A stretch of DNA of 64,000 nt from Deltaproteobacteria bacterium. Lineage in GTDB: Bacteria > Desulfobacterota > Deferrimicrobia > Deferrimicrobiales > Deferrimicrobiaceae. Below, piece by piece: positions 17,227 to 25,666 of the stretch; the stretch's first letter is position 1, and each line of letters opens with the position of its first letter. Location of the stretch: the NCBI GenBank assembly GCA_016218975.1, contig JACRCO010000071.1, positions 7,723 to 71,722 of the forward strand. The letters run 5' to 3'. The translations under genes and the position numbers were made by a program. Under the pieces are notes generated by a model. It was not told the origin of the DNA, searched no databases, and saw only the letters and a list, made by a program, of their open reading frames with translations.

Positions 17227-19068
17227 ATGGAAAACGGATTTCGCCTGGGTGCCACCTACATGGGGAGCGGCCGTTGCGCATTTTTCGTATATGCGCCCAA
17301 GGCGGAGAAAGTAGAGGTGCGCATTCTATCCACGCGGGAACGTACGGAGGCCCTGGCGAGGAAGGGGCAAGGGTACCATGGCGCAGTGCTGGACGGGATC
17401 GAGCCGGGATCCCTTTACGTCTACCGCCTCGACGGGCGAACGGAGCGTCCCGATCCCGCTTCCCGATTCCAGCCGCAGGGGGTCCACGGACCCTCGCAGG
17501 TGGTGGATCCCGCCACGATCCGGCAGGAGGACGTGCACTGGGCCGGCCTCCCGCTCGAAGAATATATCCTGTATGAACTTCACATAGGAACATTCACGCC
17601 CGATGGGACCTTCGATGCCGTCGTTCCTCATCTTCCGTCCCTGAAAGACCTCGGCGTCACCGCGATCGAGATCATGCCGGCGGCCCAGTTCCCCGGGAAC
17701 CGCAACTGGGGTTACGACGGGGCTTATCCTTTCGCCGTGCAGAACAGTTACGGAGGACCGGGCGGACTGAAACGTCTCGTGGAAGCCTGCCACCGGCAGG
17801 GATTGGCCGTCGTTCTCGACGTCGTATACAACCATCTCGGCCCCGAAGGGAATTACCTGGCGGATTTCGGTCCGTACTTCACCGACCGGTACCGGACACC
17901 GTGGGGATCGGCCGTCAATTTCGACGGGCCTTGCAGCGACGAGGTCAGGCGCTACTTCATCGAGAACGCGCTCTACTGGCTCTCCGATTTCCGCGTGGAC
18001 GCCCTGCGGATCGACGCCATCCACGGAATCATGGACTTCAGCGCATATCCATTCCTGGCGGATTTGGCGGATGCGGTCCATGATCTGGCCGCAAGGGAAA
18101 AACGGAAAATCCATCTTATCCCGGAAAGCGACCTGAACGACGCGCGGGCGGTTACTCCAAGGGGGGCCGGCGGGCACGGGCTGGATGCGCAGTGGAACGA
18201 TGACTTCCACCACGCGCTGCACACCCTGCTGACCGGAGAAAAGGACGGGTATTACCGGGATTTCGGAACCATCGGGGACCTTGCGAAGGCCCATACGGAC
18301 GGATTCGTTTATTCGGGGCAATATTCCGCCTATCGGAACCGCCGGCACGGCAATTCGTCGCGCGATGTTCCGGCTTCCAGGTTGGTCGTCTTTTCCCAGA
18401 ACCACGACCAGGTGGGTAATCGCATGGAAGGTGAACGGCTGAGCCGCCTTGTTCCCTTCGAAGCACTGAAGCTCGCCGCCGGTGTGGTCCTGCTCTCGCC
18501 CTTCCTCCCACTCCTGTTCATGGGCGAGGAATACGGGGAGACCGCCCCGTTCCTCTACTTCATCGGCCATTCGGACAAGGACCTTGTCGAAGCGGTCCGA
18601 AAAGGGAGGAAGGAGGAATTCGCCGCATTCCGGTGGAGAGGAGAACCGCCGGATCCCCAGGACGAAGATACGTTCCAGCGGTCCCGGCTCGACCGCATGC
18701 CGGCGGAAGGAAAGCGCAACCGCGTTCTGCGGGAGTTCTACAGGGAATTGATCGGCCTCCGGAAAGGGCATCCGGCCCTGTCGCTATCGAGCAAGGAAGA
18801 TATGGAAGCGACGGCTTACGAAACGGAAAAAGTGCTCCACGTACGACGCCGGAACGGCCCCTCCCAGGCGGCGGCGGCCTATCGCTTCGGCGATGCGGCC
18901 GTTTCCATCGAACTTCCGCTGCCCGCAGGGGCGTGGAAAAAACTCCTGGATTCCTCCGACGCGCGGTGGAAAGGAAGCGGAAGTGCGACCCCGGAGAGGA
19001 TCGAATCCCGCGGGATGGCGGCTCTGACGTTGAACCCGTGGTCGTTCGTCCTCCTGTCGAAGGAATGA
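17227..19068 (+). CDS. treZ: Malto-oligosyltrehalose trehalohydrolase (TreZ, GH13)
   Basis: Within ORF 17008..19068. Start taken at ATG 17227 (MENGFRLGATY...). The N-terminal CBM48-like region DPASRFQPQGVHGPSQVVDP matches the TreZ hallmark DPASRYQPEGVHGPSQ. GH13 catalytic regions GLAVVLDVVYNHLGPEGN, FRVDALRIDAIHGI, VVFSQNHDQVGNR. Confidence 0.85.
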   Translation: MENGFRLGATYMGSGRCAFFVYAPKAEKVEVRILSTRERTEALARKGQGYHGAVLDGIEPGSLYVYRLDGRTERPDPASRFQPQGVHGPSQVVDPATIRQEDVHWAGLPLEEYILYELHIGTFTPDGTFDAVVPHLPSLKDLGVTAIEIMPAAQFPGNRNWGYDGAYPFAVQNSYGGPGGLKRLVEACHRQGLAVVLDVVYNHLGPEGNYLADFGPYFTDRYRTPWGSAVNFDGPCSDEVRRYFIENALYWLSDFRVDALRIDAIHGIMDFSAYPFLADLADAVHDLAAREKRKIHLIPESDLNDARAVTPRGAGGHGLDAQWNDDFHHALHTLLTGEKDGYYRDFGTIGDLAKAHTDGFVYSGQYSAYRNRRHGNSSRDVPASRLVVFSQNHDQVGNRMEGERLSRLVPFEALKLAAGVVLLSPFLPLLFMGEEYGETAPFLYFIGHSDKDLVEAVRKGRKEEFAAFRWRGEPPDPQDEDTFQRSRLDRMPAEGKRNRVLREFYRELIGLRKGHPALSLSSKEDMEATAYETEKVLHVRRRNGPSQAAAAYRFGDAAVSIELPLPAGAWKKLLDSSDARWKGSGSATPERIESRGMAALTLNPWSFVLLSKE

Positions 19069-19080
19069 AGGGCAAGGGGC

Positions 19081-21519
19081 ATGGACAAGTACGTATGCAT
19101 ACACGGCCACTTCTACCAACCGCCAAGGGAGAATCCCTGGCTGGAGGCGATCGAACGGCAGGACTCGGCCTACCCGCACCACGACTGGAACGAGCGGATC
19201 TCCTCCGAGTGCTACGCGCCTAATTCAGCCTCGCGCATCCTGAACGGCGAAGGCATGATAGATAAAATAGTCAACAATTACGGCAAGATCAGCTTCGATT
19301 TCGGCCCCACCCTGCTGTCCTGGCTCGAGGAGAAAGACCCGGAAATATACCAGGCGATCCTGGCGGGGGACCGGGAAAGCAGGAAGACCTTTTCCGGCCA
19401 CGGCTCCGCGATGGCACAGGCATACAACCACGTGATACTCCCGCTTTCGAACACGCGCGACAAGCACACCCAGATCCTCTGGGGGATACGGGACTTCGAG
19501 CGGCGCTTCGGCCGCAAACCGGAAGGGATGTGGCTTCCCGAAACCGCAGTCGACATCGAAAGCCTGGAGATCATGAGGAAAATGGGGATCCGTTTCACGA
19601 TCCTGGCTCCCCACCAGGCAAGCCGCGTGCGAAAAAAGGGCAGCCGCGAGTGGCAGGACGCAAGCGGCGGGCGGATCGACCCGACGCTCCCTTACGATCT
19701 TCGGCTGCCATCCGGACGGAAGATCGCGCTGTTTTTCTACGACGGACCGATTTCCAGGGCCGTCGCCTTCGAGAGATTGCTCACCCGGGGAGAGACCTTC
19801 GCCGAACGGATCATGGGAGGATTTCCCGGGAACCCTTCCACGGATGACAGGCTTGTGCATATCGCGACGGACGGCGAGACCTTCGGCCATCATCACCGAT
19901 GGGGAGATATGGCCCTGTCGTATGCGCTTCAACACCTGGGTTCGAACGGCGATGCGCACATCACGAACTATGGGGAATACCTCGAGCTGCATCCCCCTTC
20001 GCATGAAGCGGAGATCGTCGAAAACACCTCGTGGAGCTGCATGCACGGGATAGAGCGCTGGCGCGCCGATTGCGGATGCAGCTCGGGCGCCCACCCCGGC
20101 TGGACCCAGCAGTGGCGGGCGCCGCTTCGCGAGGCGCTCGATTCCCTTCGGGACGAGCTATCCTCACGCTTCGAGGACGCCGGAAAGAAGCTGCTGAAAA
20201 ATCCCTGGGTGGCCCGGGACGGCTACATAGAGGTCGTCCTCGACCGCTCCCCTGAAAACGTTTCGAAGTTCCTCGCCGGGCATGCAAATCGCAAGCTCAC
20301 GCCTGCCCAGTCGGTCACTGCGCTTTCGCTCCTGGAACTCCAGCGGCACGCCCAGCTCATGTATACGAGCTGCGGCTGGTTTTTCGACGAGATTTCCGGC
20401 ATCGAGACGGTTCAGGTTCTGCAATACGCGGGAAGGGCCCTGCAGCTCGCCGAAGGGCTCTTCGGCGGGGGGCTGGAATCCGGGTTCCTGGAGCGGCTCG
20501 AACTGGCGAAGAGCAACGTTCCCGCGCACGGGAACGGAAGGAAAGTCTACGAAAAATTCGTTCGGCCCGCCATGCTCGACCTCCGGAAGGTAGGCGCCCA
20601 TTATGCCGTCAGCACTCTTTTCGAGACCTACGAGGACCGCGCAAGGCTTTATTGCTACGAAGTGGAGCGGGAGGATTTCCGGACCCTTCAATCGGGAGAA
20701 GCGCGGCTTGCGCTCGGAAAGGCGAAGATCGCATCCGCGATCACGCGGGAAGAAGGGAGATTCACGTTCGGCGTACTTCACCTCGGCGACCACAACGTGA
20801 GCGGCGGAATCCGGGAATTCGCCGGGGAGGAGGCCTACCAGGCCGTCCTGCGGGAAATAGGCGATGCTTTCCGAAGCGCCGATCTGCCGGAGACGCTCCG
20901 TGCGGTCGACCGGGCTTTCGGGGGCAGCACCTATTCCCTCAAGCTCCTGTTTCGGGACCATCAGCGGAAGATACTCGAGAAACTTCTGCAAAAATCCCAG
21001 GGCGACGCCCTTGCCGCCTACCGCCGGGTTTATGAACAGAACTCCCAGCTCGTGCGGTTCCTTTCGAAAGTGGGGCATCCCGTTCCGCGCTCTTTCAGCG
21101 CCGCGGCGGAACTTGCCATAGGAACGGACTTGAAGGCGGCCCTGGAAGCAGAAGAACCGGATGCGGAAAAGATCCGCGCGTTGCTCGACGAATCGGCGGA
21201 AACCGGCATACCCCTCTCGGACGAAACGGGCCTGGCGTACGACTTCGAGAAGGCCGCGGAACGTATTGCCGCGCGATTACGGGCTTCACCCGCCGAACTT
21301 TTCCTCCTGCTCTCCCTCGATGCCGTTGTCGGAATGGGCATGGCCCTGCCCACCCCCGCGAACTTCTGGAAAGCCCAGAACATCTTCTACGAGATGCTGC
21401 AAACCGTTTACCCCGAATACCTCGCTTTGGCCGGCAGGGGGGACGGGAACGCGGGGGAGTGGGTGCGGGCATTCTGCGAACTGGGGGATAAATTGCACAT
21501 CAGGGTCCGGGGGGAGTGA
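19081..21519 (+). CDS. GH57-family glycoside hydrolase with C-terminal DUF3536-like domain
   Basis: N-terminal HGHFYQPPRENPW is the signature GH57 motif. 812 aa with a long C-terminal extension. GGAG-type RBS. Confidence 0.85.
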   Translation: MDKYVCIHGHFYQPPRENPWLEAIERQDSAYPHHDWNERISSECYAPNSASRILNGEGMIDKIVNNYGKISFDFGPTLLSWLEEKDPEIYQAILAGDRESRKTFSGHGSAMAQAYNHVILPLSNTRDKHTQILWGIRDFERRFGRKPEGMWLPETAVDIESLEIMRKMGIRFTILAPHQASRVRKKGSREWQDASGGRIDPTLPYDLRLPSGRKIALFFYDGPISRAVAFERLLTRGETFAERIMGGFPGNPSTDDRLVHIATDGETFGHHHRWGDMALSYALQHLGSNGDAHITNYGEYLELHPPSHEAEIVENTSWSCMHGIERWRADCGCSSGAHPGWTQQWRAPLREALDSLRDELSSRFEDAGKKLLKNPWVARDGYIEVVLDRSPENVSKFLAGHANRKLTPAQSVTALSLLELQRHAQLMYTSCGWFFDEISGIETVQVLQYAGRALQLAEGLFGGGLESGFLERLELAKSNVPAHGNGRKVYEKFVRPAMLDLRKVGAHYAVSTLFETYEDRARLYCYEVEREDFRTLQSGEARLALGKAKIASAITREEGRFTFGVLHLGDHNVSGGIREFAGEEAYQAVLREIGDAFRSADLPETLRAVDRAFGGSTYSLKLLFRDHQRKILEKLLQKSQGDALAAYRRVYEQNSQLVRFLSKVGHPVPRSFSAAAELAIGTDLKAALEAEEPDAEKIRALLDESAETGIPLSDETGLAYDFEKAAERIAARLRASPAELFLLLSLDAVVGMGMALPTPANFWKAQNIFYEMLQTVYPEYLALAGRGDGNAGEWVRAFCELGDKLHIRVRGE

Positions 21520-21523
21520 CCAC

Positions 21524-24400
21524 GTGGGCATCCTGCGGATCCCCGTCACCACCTATCGTCTCCAATTCAGCCCGCGGTTCCGGTTCAAGGACGCGCAGGA
21601 GATCCTCGCCTACCTGGACGCGCTCGGCATAACGGACGTATATGTGTCTCCCCTATTCATGGCTCGCAAGGGGAGTTCCCACGGCTATGACGTGACGGAT
21701 CCGTCGAGGCTCAATCCCGACCTCGGCTCCGGGGAAGAATTCGACACGCTGGCAGCCACCCTCAACGGCAAGGGGATGGGGCTTCTCCTGGACATCGTCC
21801 CCAACCACATGGCCGCAGGCAGCGAAAACCGCTGGTGGATGGACGTGCTGGAAAGGGGCGTGGGCTCGGCTTACGCCAGGTTCTTCGACATCGACTGGCT
21901 CCCTTCGAAAAAGGCGCTGGAAAGAAAAATCCTTTTGCCCATCCTCGGAGGCCCGTATGGAGACGTCCTCGAAAACCGGGAGTTGACCCTGTCCCTCGAC
22001 AAAAGCGGGTTCATCGTCCGCTATTCCGGGATGAAACTTCCCGTATGCGTAAAATCCTGCAACAGGATCCTGTCGCACAGAATAGAGACAGTGGAGGAAA
22101 CCTACGGGCGGGACTCGCCGTCGTTCCGGGAACTGTGGGAACTCATCGCATCCATCGACCGCCTGCAGGATACGGCGGCGCCGGAACCTGCCTACACGGC
22201 CGCAAGGACTGCGGAAGAGGAATCGATCAAGCGGAAACTCGGGCGCCTCTACAGGAACCGTCCCGAGGTCCGGTCGTTTCTCGAAGAGAACATCCGGATC
22301 TTCAACGGGCGCAAGGGGGAACCTGCGAGTCTCGAACTCCTTGACCGCCTTTTGTCGGAGCAGCATTACTGGCTGTCCTACTGGCGGTTCGGAAACGAGG
22401 AGATCAACTACCGCCGGTTTTTCACCATAAGCGACCTGGTCGGCCTCCGGGTCGAAGAGCTCGAGGTGTTCAACGCCACGCACGATCTGGTACTGCGGCT
22501 TGCCAGGGAAGAAAAAGTCACCGGCCTGAGGGTGGATCACATCGACGGTCTTTCCGATCCGCTCGGTTACCTTACCACCCTTCGGGACCGTATCGCCGGA
22601 TCGGCGGAAGCAGGTGCGGAAACGGCGGGATGCTTCTATACGGTGGTGGAGAAGATCCTGCAGGGAGACGAGGATATCCCGCCGGAGTGGCCCGTTAACG
22701 GCACGACCGGATACGATTTCCTGAACGCGGTGAACGGTGTTTTCATAAGCGCCCGCGGAGTCCGTGAGCTTGACGAAATATATGCGCGCTTCATAGGGAG
22801 GAAAACGAATTTCGGAGACCTGGTTTACAGGTGCAGGAAACTCGTCATGGAGGCGCATTTCGCCGGCGAGATGCATTCGCTGGGGAAATACCTCGGCAGC
22901 ATCGCGGAACAGGACCGCCGCGGGCGGGACCTCCCGAGGAAGGAGCTGCGGCAGGCGATGATCGAGGTTACCGCATGCTTTCCGGTCTACCGTACTTATA
23001 TACGCGGCCCCGATATCTCCGCCAGGGACAGGCTTTACATCGGCAGGGCGATTCGGGAAGCCCGCCGGCGCGGCGCAGGGATAAGCTCGCCGGTATTCGA
23101 TTTCGTGGCCCGGATCCTGTTGCCGGAAGGGCCTTCCTCCTTCTCCGGAGAGCATGGCCAGGACCGCCTCCGTTTCCTGATGCGCTGGCAGCAGTTCACG
23201 GGACCGATAATGGCGAAGGGATTCGAGGACACCGCGCTGTATCTCTACAACCGGCTCGTATCGGCGAACGAAGTGGGCGGGGAGCCGGCCTCCCCCGCCG
23301 TCGCCCCGGCGGAGTTTCACCGTCGGGCAAAAGCCGCGCTTTCCCGTTTTCCACACGGAATGAACGCCACTTCAAGCCACGACACGAAACGAAGCGAGGA
23401 TGTGCGCGCCCGCATCGACGTCCTCTCCGAACTCCCTGCGGAATGGGAGAAGCGGCTTCTTCTGTGGAGCCGCTGGAACTCCGACAGGAAACGGTCCGTC
23501 GGCGGGAGGCACGTCCCCGATCCGAGCGAGGAGACCCTTGTCTACCAGACGCTGCTCGGCGCCTGGCCCTTCGAAGAGGTGGAAATCCCCTCGTTCGCGG
23601 AAAGGGTGAAGGACTACATGGTAAAGGCGGTGAGGGAGGCGAAAGCCCACACCCATTGGGATCGGCCGAACCATCCTCACGAAAACGCCGTGAGGGACTT
23701 CGTGGACGCCATCCTGGAAGGCCGGGGAGAGAGCCGGTTCTTCGAGGACTTTCTCTCCTTCCGGAAAAAGATCGCCTGGTACGGTGCGCTCAACAGTCTC
23801 TCGCAGGTCGTTCTGAAAATCGCTTCTCCTGGTGTGCCCGATTTCTACCAGGGGACGGAATTGTGGGACTTCTCTCTCGTCGATCCGGACAACCGGCGGC
23901 CGGTCGATTTTTCCCGGCGCTCAATTCTTCTGGGCGAATCGATCGACAGGAAAAACCGCGATCCGTTGTCTTTCATACTGGAGATCCTCGCGGGCTGGGA
24001 GGACGGACGGATCAAGCTGTTCCTTACGCACTCGGCCCTGAATTTCCGGAGACTGCACCGGGAGCTGTTTCAGGCCGGTTCCTACATTCCGCTCGGGGCT
24101 TCGGCGGGGAAAAAGGAGCATGTCCTCTCCTTCGCCCGGGAGCGAAACGGATTCTGGGTAATCGCCGCCGTACCGAGGCTGATGACGCGCCTCGCGCCGC
24201 CTGGCGAATTTCCCCTGGGCAGGAAAACCTGGGGGGCGCAAGGCGGTCTTCTCCTCCCGGTGGAATCCCCGGTCCGGTGGACCGACGTATTCACGGGCGA
24301 AACGATGGATGCAACGCAAGAGGCAGGGAAGAAGTTGCTTGCGCTGGACCGCGTATTCGAATCCTTCCCGGTGGCGATCCTTTCGGGGAGCGGCCGATGA
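21524..24400 (+). CDS. treY: Malto-oligosyltrehalose synthase (TreY)
   Basis: Within ORF 21161..24400. Start taken at GTG 21524, after a GGGGAG RBS and 5 nt after the upstream stop. N-terminus TTYRLQFSPRFRFKDAQEILAYLDALGITDVYVSPLFMARKGSSHGYDVTDPSRLNPDLG is the canonical TreY N-terminus. About 958 aa. Confidence 0.85.
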   Translation: MGILRIPVTTYRLQFSPRFRFKDAQEILAYLDALGITDVYVSPLFMARKGSSHGYDVTDPSRLNPDLGSGEEFDTLAATLNGKGMGLLLDIVPNHMAAGSENRWWMDVLERGVGSAYARFFDIDWLPSKKALERKILLPILGGPYGDVLENRELTLSLDKSGFIVRYSGMKLPVCVKSCNRILSHRIETVEETYGRDSPSFRELWELIASIDRLQDTAAPEPAYTAARTAEEESIKRKLGRLYRNRPEVRSFLEENIRIFNGRKGEPASLELLDRLLSEQHYWLSYWRFGNEEINYRRFFTISDLVGLRVEELEVFNATHDLVLRLAREEKVTGLRVDHIDGLSDPLGYLTTLRDRIAGSAEAGAETAGCFYTVVEKILQGDEDIPPEWPVNGTTGYDFLNAVNGVFISARGVRELDEIYARFIGRKTNFGDLVYRCRKLVMEAHFAGEMHSLGKYLGSIAEQDRRGRDLPRKELRQAMIEVTACFPVYRTYIRGPDISARDRLYIGRAIREARRRGAGISSPVFDFVARILLPEGPSSFSGEHGQDRLRFLMRWQQFTGPIMAKGFEDTALYLYNRLVSANEVGGEPASPAVAPAEFHRRAKAALSRFPHGMNATSSHDTKRSEDVRARIDVLSELPAEWEKRLLLWSRWNSDRKRSVGGRHVPDPSEETLVYQTLLGAWPFEEVEIPSFAERVKDYMVKAVREAKAHTHWDRPNHPHENAVRDFVDAILEGRGESRFFEDFLSFRKKIAWYGALNSLSQVVLKIASPGVPDFYQGTELWDFSLVDPDNRRPVDFSRRSILLGESIDRKNRDPLSFILEILAGWEDGRIKLFLTHSALNFRRLHRELFQAGSYIPLGASAGKKEHVLSFARERNGFWVIAAVPRLMTRLAPPGEFPLGRKTWGAQGGLLLPVESPVRWTDVFTGETMDATQEAGKKLLALDRVFESFPVAILSGSGR

Positions 24401-24534
24401 AACACCGGGAATACGAAACGGAACGGAAGGACCCGGCGTCGAAATCCGGTAAGGGAAATTGGATCGGGAATGAGTGCCCCGGAAAGAAACAGTTAATGAA
24501 ACGAGAGGCTCGGAATGAAAGGAGCGGAAAGAAA

Positions 24535-25236
24535 ATGAAAACACGCTTTTCGATTCTGTTACCGGTCATTGTCCTGTCGTTGGTCGCCGCGGCTTCGCAG
24601 TCGTTCGCGGCGGCGAAGGAAGCCGCCCGGGTTGAAACGGCAACCGACGTAATGGAAAAGATCATGGGGATCCCCGAAAAAGCGATCCCTCCCGCACTTC
24701 TTTCCAATGCTCACGGCATCGCCATCGTACCCGGCGTGATCAAGGTGGGTTTCATCCTCGGGGGGCAGTACGGGACCGGCGTCCTTGTCGTTCGGGACAA
24801 GAACGGCGGATGGAGCAACCCCGTGTTCGTCAAACTGATGAGCGGCAGCGTCGGGTGGCAGATCGGCGCGGAATCGACGGACTTCGTGCTCGTCTTCAAG
24901 ACGCCGAAAAGCGTGGAAGGAATAATGAAGGGCAAGTTCACCTTCGGAGCGGACGCGTCGATAGCGGCGGGACCGGTGGGACGGCGCGGGAAGGCGGAAA
25001 CGGACGTGGAGCTTAAAGCCGAGATCTACTCATATTCCCGCAGCCGGGGGCTGTTCGCGGGGATTTCCCTTGAAGGATCCTCCATGCAGATCGACCACGA
25101 TGCGGACGCCGCGTTCTACGGCAAGAAGGATGTCCTGCCGCGCGAGATCGTCGAAGGCGCCGGTATCGAAACGCCTCCGGCCGCCGCACGCCTCAAGAAC
25201 GCGCTCGGGAAACATGCTCCGGCGGGAGGAAAATAA
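24535..25236 (+). CDS. Secreted SYLF/Ysc84 (DUF500) lipid-binding-domain protein
   Basis: In-frame tail of ORF 22831..25236. Start at ATG 24535 with a GGAG RBS. Signal peptide MKTRFSILLPVIVLSLVAAASQSFAAA. SYLF core GIAIVPGVIKVGFILGGQYGTGVLVVRDKNGGWSNPVFV. Confidence 0.7.
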   Translation: MKTRFSILLPVIVLSLVAAASQSFAAAKEAARVETATDVMEKIMGIPEKAIPPALLSNAHGIAIVPGVIKVGFILGGQYGTGVLVVRDKNGGWSNPVFVKLMSGSVGWQIGAESTDFVLVFKTPKSVEGIMKGKFTFGADASIAAGPVGRRGKAETDVELKAEIYSYSRSRGLFAGISLEGSSMQIDHDADAAFYGKKDVLPREIVEGAGIETPPAAARLKNALGKHAPAGGK

Positions 25237-25406
25237 AACTGCGGCTGACGGATATTCAGATCACTCGAGGAGAAGGGATTTGCCCGCCGACCCGCATTTC
25301 TCACCATGGTTCGTCGCGAGGCGGTGGAGACGGGTATGGGCCGCTCCCGCCATTCATGGCTAAGGCGGACACCATTTTTCGCGGAAGGATACCCTTTAGC
25401 GAAAAA

Positions 25407-25482
25407 TGGTGGAGGAGAAGGGATTTGAACCCTCGACCCCCACGTTGCGAACGTGGTGCTCTCCCAACTGAGCTACTCCCCC
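25407..25482 (-). tRNA. tRNA-Ala (anticodon CGC), CCA encoded
   Basis: Reverse complement reads GGGGGAGTAGCTCAGTTGGGAGAGCACCACGTTCGCAACGTGGGGGTCGAGGGTTCAAATCCCTTCTCCTCCACCA. Cloverleaf folds by hand: 7-bp acceptor stem with G3:U70 (the Ala identity element), D-arm GCTC/GAGC, anticodon loop TTCGCAA (CGC), T-loop TTCAAAT. Confidence 0.85.
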
Positions 25483-25494
25483 ACCTGAAGTGAG

Positions 25495-25525
25495 ATATTT
25501 TCCACGATTCGACGCCCGGTGTCAA
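25495..25525 (-). promoter_or_regulatory. Candidate sigma70-type promoter for tRNA-Ala
   Basis: On the minus strand: TTGACA, then a 17-nt spacer, then GAAAAT/AAATAT, ending about 10 nt upstream of tRNA G1. Confidence 0.35.
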
Positions 25526-25666
25526 AGGAAGATGCTTCAACATCCGATTGGAGACACCTTTGTATCGATCGCCCGGCAAAGAATACGTCGGCAGGTGAAC
25601 CGCATCAAAAAATTTAGGGCCACCTCAGGGAGGGGCGGGATCTTTTTACCGCGCCCCGACGATATC

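Noticed and set aside
21653-23356. 567-aa minus ORF, and the N-terminal 1.7 kb of ORF 22831..25236
   Set aside because: Both lie antisense to or out of frame within treY. Only the last 233 codons of ORF 22831..25236 (from ATG 24535, with RBS and signal peptide) are treated as a real gene.
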